From Candidatus Aminicenantes bacterium (GTDB taxonomy: Bacteria > Acidobacteriota > Aminicenantia > S016-38): a DNA stretch of 64,000 bases. Both the position numbers and the translations under genes were made by a program. Where the stretch lies: contig JALXBI010000044.1 in the NCBI GenBank assembly GCA_026991555.1, forward strand, positions 1,223 through 65,222. Direction: 5' to 3'. The notes under the pieces were generated by a model. That model did not search any database. It saw only the letters and a program-made list of their open reading frames with translations, and had not been told where the DNA came from. Below are positions 47,103 to 56,105 of the stretch, one piece after another; position 1 is the stretch's first letter, and each line of letters begins with the position of its first letter.

Positions 47103-47946
47103 AAGGGAAATAAAAAGGCTCAGGAAGATAGCCTTAAGACTAAGGAAACACATAGTTCGCATGACCGGACTGGCAAAGTCAGGGCATCCTGGCGGCTCCC
47201 TATCTGCAGCGGACATAGTTACCGTGCTTTTCTTTCACAAAATGAAGCTGGACCCGAAAAATCCCCAGTGGAAGGAGCGGGATATTTTCATTCTCAGTAA
47301 GGGACACGCCACCCCTGTTCTTTACGCCGCCCTTGCAGAAGCTGGGTTCTTTCCCGTGGAGGAACTGGCGGACTTCAGGAAATTAAGCTCCCATCTTCAG
47401 GGTCATCCTGACCGATTAATGACCCCTGGGGTGGAAATGTCCACCGGCTCCTTAGGGCAGGGTCTTTCCGTGGCCAATGGGGTAGCCCTGGCCTTCAAGC
47501 TGGACCGCTCGCCCAGAAGGGTTTATGTGCTAATAGGGGATGGGGAAATGCAGGAGGGCCAGATATGGGAAGCCGCCATGACCGCCTCCCATTACAGGCT
47601 GGACAACCTAACTGCCATTTTGGACTATAACGGGCTCCAAATTGACGGCCCTGTAAACAGTATAAAATCCGTGGAGCCGGTGGCGGAAAAATGGAGGGCC
47701 TTTGGATGGGAGGTGAGAAAAATAGACGGCCACAACATAAGGCAAATTATAGAAGCCTTTGAATGGGCAGAGAACGTGAAGGGAAGACCTTCTTTTATAA
47801 TCGCCAAGACCGTAAAGGGAAAAGGGGTCTCTTTTATGGAAGGAAAGGTTAAGTTCCACGGGGTTCCCCCTTCCGAAGATGAAATGGTGATGGCAATTAA
47901 GGAACTGGAGGAAAGGGAAAAGGAGCTGGAAAATGAAGGAGTTTGA
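47092..47946 (+). CDS. Transketolase, N-terminal (TPP-binding) subunit of a split enzyme
   Basis: GHPGGSLS and GDGEMQEG TPP motifs; 284 aa. Confidence 0.85.
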   Translation: MVSEREIKRLRKIALRLRKHIVRMTGLAKSGHPGGSLSAADIVTVLFFHKMKLDPKNPQWKERDIFILSKGHATPVLYAALAEAGFFPVEELADFRKLSSHLQGHPDRLMTPGVEMSTGSLGQGLSVANGVALAFKLDRSPRRVYVLIGDGEMQEGQIWEAAMTASHYRLDNLTAILDYNGLQIDGPVNSIKSVEPVAEKWRAFGWEVRKIDGHNIRQIIEAFEWAENVKGRPSFIIAKTVKGKGVSFMEGKVKFHGVPPSEDEMVMAIKELEEREKELENEGV

Positions 47947-48877
47947 ATTCAAGCACTTAAGAGACGCCTACGGGGAAGTTCTGGTGGAGATGGGGGAAAA
48001 ATACTCGGACATAGTGGTCCTGGACGCGGACCTTTCCGGTTCCACAAGAACCGCCCGGTTTGGTGCTAAATTTCCTGAGAGGTTCTTCAACCTGGGGGTC
48101 TCAGAGCAGGACATGATGTCCACGGCAGCGGGCCTGGCCTTAGGAGGAAAAAGGCCTGTGGTTTCCACCTTTTCCATCTTCGCCACAGGAAGAGCCTGGG
48201 AGCAAATCCGCCAGTCCATAGCCTATGCCAATGCCAATGTAAAAATCGTGGCCACCCACGGAGGGGTCACCGTGGGGGAGGATGGAGCAACCCATCAGAT
48301 GCTGGAGGATTTTGCCCTCATGAGGGTCCTTCCCAACATGAGGGTTTTCTGCCCTACAGATTACTATGAAACCAAGGCTATAGTTAGAACGGTAATAGAA
48401 AGTGAAGGACCGGCCTATGTCCGCCTTTCCCGGGCAAAATTTCCGGTAATCTACGAAAAGGAGCCGGATTTTGAAATCGGAAAGGCAAGGATCATGAGGG
48501 AAGGAACGGATCTTACCGCCATAGGGGTAGGAATAACCGTATACAGCCTGCTGGTGGCAGCAGAGGAACTGGAGAAAAAGGGAATATCTGTGGAGGTAAT
48601 AGCTTCCCCCAGCATAAAACCCTTAGACGGAGCTACCATAGAGGCTTCGGCCAGAAAAACCGGCAGAGTATTTACGGTGGAGGAACACTCGGTCATAGGT
48701 GGCTTGGGCTCTGCGGTGGCCGAATACTTAGCCCAGCATTATCCCGTCAGGATGAGGCTTCACGGGGTAAAGGATGTTTTCGGAAGGTCCGGCAAGGCCA
48801 TGGAGCTTCTCTCCTTCTTCCGGCTGGACCCCCAGGGGGTTAAAGAGGAAATCCTGGATTTTCTGGAAAGGGGCTGA
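47933..48877 (+). CDS. Transketolase, C-terminal (pyrimidine-binding) subunit
   Basis: Transketolase Pyr and C-terminal domains (ATHGGVTVGEDGATHQ); 314 aa. Confidence 0.85.
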   Translation: MKEFEFKHLRDAYGEVLVEMGEKYSDIVVLDADLSGSTRTARFGAKFPERFFNLGVSEQDMMSTAAGLALGGKRPVVSTFSIFATGRAWEQIRQSIAYANANVKIVATHGGVTVGEDGATHQMLEDFALMRVLPNMRVFCPTDYYETKAIVRTVIESEGPAYVRLSRAKFPVIYEKEPDFEIGKARIMREGTDLTAIGVGITVYSLLVAAEELEKKGISVEVIASPSIKPLDGATIEASARKTGRVFTVEEHSVIGGLGSAVAEYLAQHYPVRMRLHGVKDVFGRSGKAMELLSFFRLDPQGVKEEILDFLERG

Positions 48878-49536
48878 TGTTAAGGTTTGTGGGGGTTTAT
48901 AAGTCCTATTCCCATCCGGGTTATGCCCTACAGAACATAAATTTTTCCGTGCAAAAGGGGGACTTCGTTTTTATAACCGGCCCTTCCGGGGCAGGAAAAA
49001 CCACCATAATAAAACTCATCACCCGGGAGGAGACCCCATCCCAGGGAAGGATTTTTTTCGGCAATACGGACATCTCCAGGATAAGCAGGAGAAAAATATA
49101 TCAATATCGCAGGAAATTGGGGATAGTTTTTCAGGAGTTCAGGTTAATTCCATACCTGACCGTTTACGAAAATGTAGCCCTGCCCCTTATAGTTCAGGGG
49201 AAAAAGAAAAGGGAAACCGAAAGTAGGGTGCAACAGCTCCTGAAGGAATTTGAAATAATACACAAATACCGAGAACTCCCCTCTTCCCTTTCCGGAGGAG
49301 AACAACAGAGGGTGGCAATAGCCAGGGCAGTGGCGGCGGCCCCGGAGCTTCTTTTGGCCGATGAACCCACGGGAAATCTGGATCCTTTCCTCTCAAGAAA
49401 AATAATGAAGCTCTTCAAGAAACTTAATCTGAAGGGAACAACGGTAATAGTAGCGACCCACGACATTTCCTTAGTGGAGGAATTCGGGGAAAGAATAATT
49501 TACCTATCCTATGGAAAAATCAAGAAAATTGTATGA
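48877..49536 (+). CDS. ftsE: Cell-division ABC ATPase FtsE
   Basis: Walker A GPSGAGKTT, signature LSGGEQQR and Walker B LLLADEPTGNLD; 219 aa, directly 5' of ftsX. Confidence 0.85.
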   Translation: MLRFVGVYKSYSHPGYALQNINFSVQKGDFVFITGPSGAGKTTIIKLITREETPSQGRIFFGNTDISRISRRKIYQYRRKLGIVFQEFRLIPYLTVYENVALPLIVQGKKKRETESRVQQLLKEFEIIHKYRELPSSLSGGEQQRVAIARAVAAAPELLLADEPTGNLDPFLSRKIMKLFKKLNLKGTTVIVATHDISLVEEFGERIIYLSYGKIKKIV

Positions 49537-50372
49537 GAAAATTAGTTTACGGAATAAGGATTTTCCTGAGAGACCTTTCGTCCAGTCCGGAAAACCTCCT
49601 CCTGCCCCTCCTGGTCCTTTCCCTTTCCATGTTTGTGCTTTACTGGTTCCTCTTCCTGAGACAGGGAATGGAGAGGGGAATTGAGAGGTTATCCAGGGGT
49701 CTCTACGCCAGGATTTTCCTTGAAAGGGGAACAGAACCTGAAAAATTCATCTCCTTACTTCAAAAAAGGGCAAAAATTGAAAAATGGCGCCTGATAAATC
49801 CCGATGAGGCTTTCCGGGAATTTTCGCATCTATATCCCAAACTTGCCAGAATCCTCGGAAATGAAAATCCCTTTCCACCTAATATAGAGGTAGTCTTCTC
49901 CCCGGGTCAGAGCCCGAAAATTATTAGAGGGGCCCTGAAGGAAATTCAGGCCCTTCCTGGGGTGGAGGATGTGGTATTCCAGTGGGAAGCGGTGGAGAAA
50001 TTAAGAAAGGCCAGGAAAAGATTTGAGGAGGTGGGGGAATTCCTGACCGCCCTTCTTGTTCTGGCCTCTGCCCTTATAATAGCCAACTTAGTGGCCGTAG
50101 GGGTGGCCTCCCATAGCGAGGAAATCGCCCTCATGGAACTTCTGGGAGCAAGCCGAAGTTTCTCTTCCCTTCCCTTCGTTCTTATGGGAAGTTTGCTTTC
50201 CCTGATGGGAGCCCTTTTGGGGCTTTTGCTATTCCTGCTCTCCCGTTCTCTTCTAAGCTCTTTCCTCCCCCCCTTCTTCGGACAATTATCCCCTCTTTAC
50301 ATGGGAGGATTAATCCTGGGAAGTTTTTTGGTAGGACTTCTGGCCTCTCTGATAGCAATAAAAAGGCCTTAA
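49533..50372 (+). CDS. ftsX: Cell-division permease-like protein FtsX
   Basis: One N-terminal TM helix, a periplasmic domain and three C-terminal TM helices; 279 aa, coupled to ftsE. Confidence 0.75.
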   Translation: MRKLVYGIRIFLRDLSSSPENLLLPLLVLSLSMFVLYWFLFLRQGMERGIERLSRGLYARIFLERGTEPEKFISLLQKRAKIEKWRLINPDEAFREFSHLYPKLARILGNENPFPPNIEVVFSPGQSPKIIRGALKEIQALPGVEDVVFQWEAVEKLRKARKRFEEVGEFLTALLVLASALIIANLVAVGVASHSEEIALMELLGASRSFSSLPFVLMGSLLSLMGALLGLLLFLLSRSLLSSFLPPFFGQLSPLYMGGLILGSFLVGLLASLIAIKRP

Positions 50373-50869
50373 GGGAGCCCCAGTTTTTTTCTCGTATAGG
50401 GAATCAGGCCCCCTGCCTGGAGGATTTCTCTGACCTTCTCGGGAAATGGGGGAAAGGAAAAGACCCCTGCCGGGGTTTTCACTTCGCCCCTTTCAAGGTC
50501 TATTTCCACCTGGTCTCCTTCCTTTACAGCTTCAACCGCTTCGGGAAGCTCAATGGCTGGAAGCCCGGCGTTAATGCAGTTCCTATAGTAAATCCTGGCA
50601 AAGGACTTGGCCACTATAGCGGAAATTCCAGCATATTTTAGTGCCAGCACTGCCTGTTCCCTGGAGGAGCCCATACCGAAATTCTTACCGGCGAAAATTA
50701 TGTCCCCGGGCTGAACTTTGTTTTTAAATTCCGGATCCAGGTCCTCCATGGCATGGGAGGCCATTTCCTCAGGACTTAGATTTTTGTAGGTGTATCTTCC
50801 GGGAAAAATTACATCGGTATTGATATCATCCCCGTATTTGATGACCTTACCCTTAAGCTTCATTTTCAC
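50369..50869 (-). CDS. LeuD-family (aconitase swivel) small subunit, orphan paralog
   Basis: GDDINTDVIFPGRY and GKNFGMGSSREQA motifs, paralogous to 12030..12530. No adjacent large subunit. Confidence 0.75.
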   Translation of the reverse strand: MKMKLKGKVIKYGDDINTDVIFPGRYTYKNLSPEEMASHAMEDLDPEFKNKVQPGDIIFAGKNFGMGSSREQAVLALKYAGISAIVAKSFARIYYRNCINAGLPAIELPEAVEAVKEGDQVEIDLERGEVKTPAGVFSFPPFPEKVREILQAGGLIPYTRKKLGLP

Positions 50870-50890
50870 CTCCGGGAAAATTATATCAAT

Positions 50891-51856
50891 TTAAGTGGAG
50901 AATTTAACGGGCTCCTTAAGGGGCACGCATTCTTCCGCCCCAAGGCCCAGCTTTAACTTCTTTCCCTGGAAACTATCCCTCCTCTCCATTTCCCTGTCTA
51001 TTTCCGCAAGGACCTTTTGTTTCTTAAGGGCCCAGCCAGGGGCGATGAAGAGCTGCGGGGACCTTTCTCCGGAAATTCTCATTACAACCATATTCTCCCT
51101 GAGGTTTTCAAGGAAATCCACCGCTAAGGAAACAAATTCCTCCATGGAAAGGAGGGAAAGTTTTCCTTCGTGATAAAGTTTCTCAAGCCCGGTGTTTTTA
51201 AGCACATGGAGGGGATGAATTTTCACTCCGTCCACAGGAAGGGCGGACAAAAACCTGGCTGTCTCCACCACTTCCTCCCTCCCTTCCCCTGGAATTCCCA
51301 AAATAACATGGGCCGCTACCTTTATGCCCTGCCTCTCCTTAAGCCTCAGGACGGCATCTATAAAATCCGCAATTCCGTGATTCCTCCTCATCCAGCGAAG
51401 GGAGCGGTAATGGGAGCTCTCAAGTCCCAGCTCAACCCAGAGGGGCCTTTCCTTCGCCAGTTCTTCGAGAACCTCCACCACAGGCTCTGGTAGACAATCG
51501 GGTCTCGTTCCAATGGATATCTCCACGATCTCTGGAAATTCAAGGGCCTGCCAGTATCTTTCCCTGAGGGTCTCAGGGGGACCGTAGGTATTGGTAAAGG
51601 CCTGAAAATATGCTATAAAGAACTTCGCCCCATATCTCCTTCGGGCCCGCTTCATTCCCTCAAGAAGCTGTTCCCTTATGGGTGGGGGCTTGAAGGTAAG
51701 GGGACCGGAACCGTATACATCACAAAAAATGCACCCCTGCCTGGAAAGCCTCCCATCCCTGTTGGGACAGTAGAAACCCGCCTGAAGGGGTATTCTGTGA
51801 ACCCTGGCCCCGTATTTTTCCTTCAGATAAACGCTATACTTTCTATACTTTGCCAT
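50891..51856 (-). CDS. TIGR01212-family radical SAM protein (YhcC-like)
   Basis: N-terminal CPNRDGRLSRQGCIFC cluster motif and the length and organisation of TIGR01212. Confidence 0.75.
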   Translation of the reverse strand: MAKYRKYSVYLKEKYGARVHRIPLQAGFYCPNRDGRLSRQGCIFCDVYGSGPLTFKPPPIREQLLEGMKRARRRYGAKFFIAYFQAFTNTYGPPETLRERYWQALEFPEIVEISIGTRPDCLPEPVVEVLEELAKERPLWVELGLESSHYRSLRWMRRNHGIADFIDAVLRLKERQGIKVAAHVILGIPGEGREEVVETARFLSALPVDGVKIHPLHVLKNTGLEKLYHEGKLSLLSMEEFVSLAVDFLENLRENMVVMRISGERSPQLFIAPGWALKKQKVLAEIDREMERRDSFQGKKLKLGLGAEECVPLKEPVKFST

Positions 51857-52493
51857 GGACCACCTTTAAAGCCAATTTCATGTCCTCCCACACCATTTTC
51901 TTGAGCTCCTTGGGTTCCCCCCTCTGCAGAAGATAGGAAGGATGATAGGTTACCACCACAGGAATCCCACGAAAGCGATGAATAGTCCCCCTTAGGGAAG
52001 AAAGGGTGGTTTTCTTTCCCGTTAGGTTCACCGCTGCTACCCTTCCTAAGGCTATAAGCACCTTAGGTTTTATAATCTCTATCTGCTTTCGGAGAAAGGG
52101 AAAACAGGCTTTCTGTTCCTCCTCGGTGGGGGTTCTATTCCCAGGAGGACGGCATTTTACCACATTTCCGATAAAAACTTCCTCCCGGGTATAGCCCATG
52201 GCTTTAATTATCCTGGTCAGAAGTTCCCCTGCCCTGCCCACAAAGGGCCTGCCGGTCAGGTCCTCCTGAGCTCCAGGAGCTTCTCCCACGAAGAATATTT
52301 CAGCAAAGGGATTACCCTCTCCGGGAACGAATTTTTTCCTGTTTTTATAAAGGGAACATCTCCTGCACCCGGAAATTTCTTCGGCTATTTCCCTCAGGGC
52401 CTCCTCCCTCTTCAGGGTGGTAAAGCCTCCGCTTATTTCCCCAAGGAATTTCCCGTAGCCCTTCAGGTCGTCAAAAAATCCCTTACCTTCCAT
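51843..52493 (-). CDS. Uracil-DNA glycosylase, family 4
   Basis: GEAPGAQEDLTGRPFVGRAGELL motif, N-terminal Cys pair (CRRCSL) and a C-terminal HPS motif. Confidence 0.8.
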   Translation of the reverse strand: MEGKGFFDDLKGYGKFLGEISGGFTTLKREEALREIAEEISGCRRCSLYKNRKKFVPGEGNPFAEIFFVGEAPGAQEDLTGRPFVGRAGELLTRIIKAMGYTREEVFIGNVVKCRPPGNRTPTEEEQKACFPFLRKQIEIIKPKVLIALGRVAAVNLTGKKTTLSSLRGTIHRFRGIPVVVTYHPSYLLQRGEPKELKKMVWEDMKLALKVVHGKV

Positions 52494-53215
52494 AGAATCT
52501 CCTTGTTGGAGAGGATGGAACGGTGGTCGTCCTCAGGATAAAAAAGGAGCTCTGCCTCTGGACACCTCTGGCTCAAACGGAGGCTATCTTCGTATGGAAC
52601 AGTCTCGTCCAGTTTACCGTGGATTAAAAGGTGAGGTATTGACCTTTTGCATATGAAATTAAGGGGGGAGAATTCCTCCAAGGAAAACCCCACCTCTTCC
52701 TCTATTTTCCGGAGGACCTTCTTCCTCAAAGAAGGGGGAAGGGGCTTTATCATTTTCTCGGTTATTTCCAGGGTGGAGGCAAAGGGAGCCAGCGCCACCA
52801 CCTTCTTTACCTGAGCGTAGGTTGAGGCAGCAATAATGGAAGAAGCGGCCCCCATGGAATGACCCACCAAGAAAACTTCTTCCCCGAGGAATTCAATGGC
52901 AGCCCCAATGTCCTGCCAGAACACCTTTATGCTTACGGGCCAGTAGGGACTGCTTTCCCCGTGGTTGGAAGCATCAAAGGCCAGAAGGGAAAACTCCGGA
53001 TAAAGTTCCCTGATGAGGGGTAGAAAAACCTCCCTATTAGCCCCCCAACCGTGGACGAGCACGGCCCAGTTTCCGCCCGCGTTCATTTTCCACGCCTTGA
53101 GAATCCTCCCGCTGCTTTCAATCTCCACATCCTGGAAGCCGAGTCCTAAATCCGCCGGGGAGGACGAAGGAGGGATCTTGGCGTTTTTGAAAAAGGATTC
53201 TATTATTTTCAGCAT
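52463..53215 (-). CDS. Alpha/beta-hydrolase (esterase/lipase-like)
   Basis: Nucleophile elbow GHSMGA, with Asp/His downstream; 250 aa. Confidence 0.6.
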   Translation of the reverse strand: MLKIIESFFKNAKIPPSSSPADLGLGFQDVEIESSGRILKAWKMNAGGNWAVLVHGWGANREVFLPLIRELYPEFSLLAFDASNHGESSPYWPVSIKVFWQDIGAAIEFLGEEVFLVGHSMGAASSIIAASTYAQVKKVVALAPFASTLEITEKMIKPLPPSLRKKVLRKIEEEVGFSLEEFSPLNFICKRSIPHLLIHGKLDETVPYEDSLRLSQRCPEAELLFYPEDDHRSILSNKEILWKVRDFLTT

Positions 53216-53815
53216 CTATCCTCCTGCTGGAATTATAGCAGTAATGGACTTCAGAGGAAGCAGGGAAAACCTTTCGGTAACCCTGATTCCCACCGAAGAG
53301 AGTCCCAGAAGTTTATCAAAAACGAGGTTTGTTTTAAGGGAAAGATCCCCATAACCCGGGGAATACCTCCGATGGAACCTGTGTAGCCCGAAGTGAACGC
53401 CCTCCCTTTCTATGGCCCTGTTAAGACTTTCGGCCACCCCCTCCACTGCCTCAGAGCCAAAGGCATCCAGAATTACGGCCTGGTCCACGGGCAGGGTCTC
53501 CATTAAACGGTCAAACTCCTCCCCTATGGTAACTGCCATAAGATACCCATGGGTAAAACCCATAAAATGGGAAGCAAGGCTCCTGCTGTTTATTTTCTCC
53601 CCCCCTATTATAAGGTATCCCTCCCTTAGCTCCTCCACCCCAAAGAGCCCATATATTCCCACAGGTTTTATCACCTTCTTTGCCTTCTCAATGGTTTTTT
53701 CAATTTTTTCCATCATCCTGGGGCTAATCTGGCTTTTCCCCTTTTTATATCCCAGAAGACCCCAGAAAGCCTTTTGATTCACGGTATAGGGAATCCCTTT
53801 CACTACTTTTATCAT
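53216..53815 (-). CDS. Protein resembling the B12-dependent methionine synthase activation (AdoMet-binding) domain
   Basis: An RRYSPGYGD motif is recalled from Met_synt_B12 domains; 199 aa. The assignment is tentative. Confidence 0.35.
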   Translation of the reverse strand: MIKVVKGIPYTVNQKAFWGLLGYKKGKSQISPRMMEKIEKTIEKAKKVIKPVGIYGLFGVEELREGYLIIGGEKINSRSLASHFMGFTHGYLMAVTIGEEFDRLMETLPVDQAVILDAFGSEAVEGVAESLNRAIEREGVHFGLHRFHRRYSPGYGDLSLKTNLVFDKLLGLSSVGIRVTERFSLLPLKSITAIIPAGG

Positions 53816-53832
53816 GGTATAATTTTACACCA

Positions 53833-53905
53833 GCCGACGTAGCTCAGCAGGTAGAGCAGCTGATTCGTAATCAGCAGGTCAGGGGTTCAAATCCCCTCGT
53901 CGGCT
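53833..53905 (+). tRNA. tRNA-Thr (anticodon CGU)
   Basis: The cloverleaf was folded by hand: acceptor GCCGACG/CGTCGGC, D-arm GCTC-AGCAGGTA-GAGC, anticodon stem GCTGA/TCAGC with loop TTCGTAA, T-arm AGGGG-TTCAAAT-CCCCT. No encoded CCA. It closely resembles E. coli tRNA-Thr(CGU). Confidence 0.85.
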
Positions 53906-54460
53906 TAGAAAATCCGAATTCTTAATGAAGGCCCTATAAGGGAGTTGCTTCCCTTCCCTTATCCCTATTCTCCCTGAAAATCCTATCTCCTCATTTTCCC
54001 TCAATTTTCCTTCCAGAAGCTTTACAGGCCCTAAGTTTATCAGGCCCCCATCTAAGGAAAGGTCCATTCCCAGGGCCTGGGTCAATTTCCCGGGGCCTGA
54101 GCAAAGCTCCTTCAGCTTCCGCTTTCTCCTTCTCTTCCTCATTTCTTCAATGCCGACAGTGGGCTCTAAGGCCCTTATCAATATGGCCCCAGGACAACCC
54201 TCCTCCAAGAAAATTATGTTCAAAAGAATGTGGCCGTGAACCCTATAAAGGAAAAGGCTGCCCGGGGGACGGTAGAGGGCATCCCTTTTTATGCCTTTTT
54301 TCCCTTTATAGGCAAAGGAACCGGGATCCTCCTCACCTAAATAAGCCTCGGCCTCCACGATTCTGCCCCCTGAGCCCTGATAAAAAAGGATTTTTCCCAG
54401 AATTTTCTCTAAGGCCTCAAGGGGATGGAGAAGAAAAAATTCCCTTCCCACCTTTTCCAT
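53879..54460 (-). CDS. mpg: DNA-3-methyladenine glycosylase (MPG/AAG family)
   Basis: GGRIVEAEAYLGEEDPGSFAY motif characteristic of the AAG family; 193 aa. The last 27 nt are antisense to the tRNA-Thr. Confidence 0.7.
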   Translation of the reverse strand: MEKVGREFFLLHPLEALEKILGKILFYQGSGGRIVEAEAYLGEEDPGSFAYKGKKGIKRDALYRPPGSLFLYRVHGHILLNIIFLEEGCPGAILIRALEPTVGIEEMRKRRRKRKLKELCSGPGKLTQALGMDLSLDGGLINLGPVKLLEGKLRENEEIGFSGRIGIREGKQLPYRAFIKNSDFLSRRGDLNP

Positions 54461-54516
54461 ACAGAGATTTTACCCCATCCCTTTGGGCTGCAATCAAGTT
54501 GGGGTAAAATTTAACC

Positions 54517-55413
54517 ATGAAGTTCTCTTTCGCCGGAGCGACCGACAGGGGAAAGGTAAGGAAGAAGAACGAGGATTGCTTCGTTGCCAAAAGGCTCGGT
54601 GACGACGAGTATCTCTTCATTGTGGCTGACGGAATGGGAGGCCACCTTGCCGGGGAAATAGCCAGTTCTCTTGCGTGCAAAATAGTGGAAGAGTTCCTCA
54701 CAAAGAAGACCGGAGAAAGACCCCTTTTGAAACTTCTTGAAGCCTTTGAATGGGCCAACCAGGAAATTCTAAGGGAAGGGAAAAAATCTGCCAGCACCAT
54801 GGGTATGGGAACAACCCTCACAACCCTATACCTCAAAAATTCCAAGGCCTACATAGCCCATGTGGGAGATTCCAGGGTTTACATGATTAAAGAAGGCAGA
54901 ATACTGAAGTTAACCAAGGACCATTCCTTAGTGGAAAAACTCCTAATGGAAGGGAGCATATCAGCCAGGGAGGCCAAAAATCACCCGAAGAAGAACATCC
55001 TTTACGAATCCGTAGGGGTTTTAGGAGAAATTCACCCCCAGCTGGTGGGACCACTGGACATCGAAGGGAACGAGATTTTCGTCCTGTGTAGTGATGGTCT
55101 GAATCTCCACCTAAGTGACGAAGAAATTAAGGAAATAGCTGAAAAAGGGGAGGCAGAGGATGCGGTAAAAACCATGATAAAAACAGCCAATGAACGGGGC
55201 GGAAAGGACAATATAACCGCTATAATAGTTAAAGGGGATATGATGAAGCAAATTTCCGTGGAAGAACAGGAAGAGGCTCGGAGCCGATGGGACTGGCTCA
55301 CTTTGGCCTTTGTGGTTCTTATCTACATAAGCTTCCTCCTTGGGGGATTGCTTATACAGAAAAAGGCAGAATCCTTTATCATAAGGCCACCTTCCTCCCT
55401 TTCCGTCAAATGA
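54517..55413 (+). CDS. PP2C-family Ser/Thr phosphatase with a C-terminal membrane anchor
   Basis: ATDRGKVRKKNED, VADGMGGH and DGL motifs, plus a C-terminal TM (LTLAFVVLIYISFLLGGLLI). Confidence 0.8.
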   Translation: MKFSFAGATDRGKVRKKNEDCFVAKRLGDDEYLFIVADGMGGHLAGEIASSLACKIVEEFLTKKTGERPLLKLLEAFEWANQEILREGKKSASTMGMGTTLTTLYLKNSKAYIAHVGDSRVYMIKEGRILKLTKDHSLVEKLLMEGSISAREAKNHPKKNILYESVGVLGEIHPQLVGPLDIEGNEIFVLCSDGLNLHLSDEEIKEIAEKGEAEDAVKTMIKTANERGGKDNITAIIVKGDMMKQISVEEQEEARSRWDWLTLAFVVLIYISFLLGGLLIQKKAESFIIRPPSSLSVK

Positions 55414-56105
55414 GACATCTGAGGTTTATCCTGTTTATTGTTTACGCCCTGCTTTTTCATCTCACCCTGGCCCCCGTGTTTATAATCCTCGCCTGGGTTC
55501 TGAAGGAAGAGGCTCTCCTTTACCGGCTTTACAAATTTTTCTGGAGAGCTTCTTACTCTATCCTCGGTATAAAATTCAGAGTGGAAGGCCAGGAAAACAT
55601 TCCTCCCCCCCCTTTTATAATTACCCCCAATCATCAAAGTTATATAGATGGCCCCTTTTTCATAGCCTTCTTCCCTTATAGGGTAAAAGCCATGATAAAG
55701 GAGAGCATCTTCAGAATTCCTTTTGTAGGTCAAGCATTAAGGGTGGCCAATTTTATAAGTGTAAAGAGGGAATCCTCCCTCAGGGCCTCCATGGCCTTCA
55801 GAAAAGCTGAGGAACTATTGAAAAAGGGCGAGATCCTCCTTATTTTCCCTGAGGGAACAAGGACCAGGGATGGAAGCCTCGGAAAATTCAAAAAGGGAGC
55901 TTGCAGATTGGCCAGGCAAGCCGGTGTTCCCATTCTACCGGTGGTATTTTTTAATTCCATGGAATTGCTGCCCCGGGGAAAGTGGATCCCACGGAAAGGA
56001 AAGGTACGGGTGAAGTTCCTGCTCCCCATAGAACCCAGGGGCGGACCGGAGGAACTTTGCCAACAACTCAGGAAAGGATTAGAAAATGCCCTTGAAAGGA
56101 ATTAA
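55410..56105 (+). CDS. plsC: 1-acyl-sn-glycerol-3-phosphate acyltransferase
   Basis: An HX4D-like motif (NHQSYIDG) and FPEGTRTRDG. The start is set at MRHLRF, whose ATG overlaps the upstream stop (ATGA). Confidence 0.75.
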   Translation: MRHLRFILFIVYALLFHLTLAPVFIILAWVLKEEALLYRLYKFFWRASYSILGIKFRVEGQENIPPPPFIITPNHQSYIDGPFFIAFFPYRVKAMIKESIFRIPFVGQALRVANFISVKRESSLRASMAFRKAEELLKKGEILLIFPEGTRTRDGSLGKFKKGACRLARQAGVPILPVVFFNSMELLPRGKWIPRKGKVRVKFLLPIEPRGGPEELCQQLRKGLENALERN

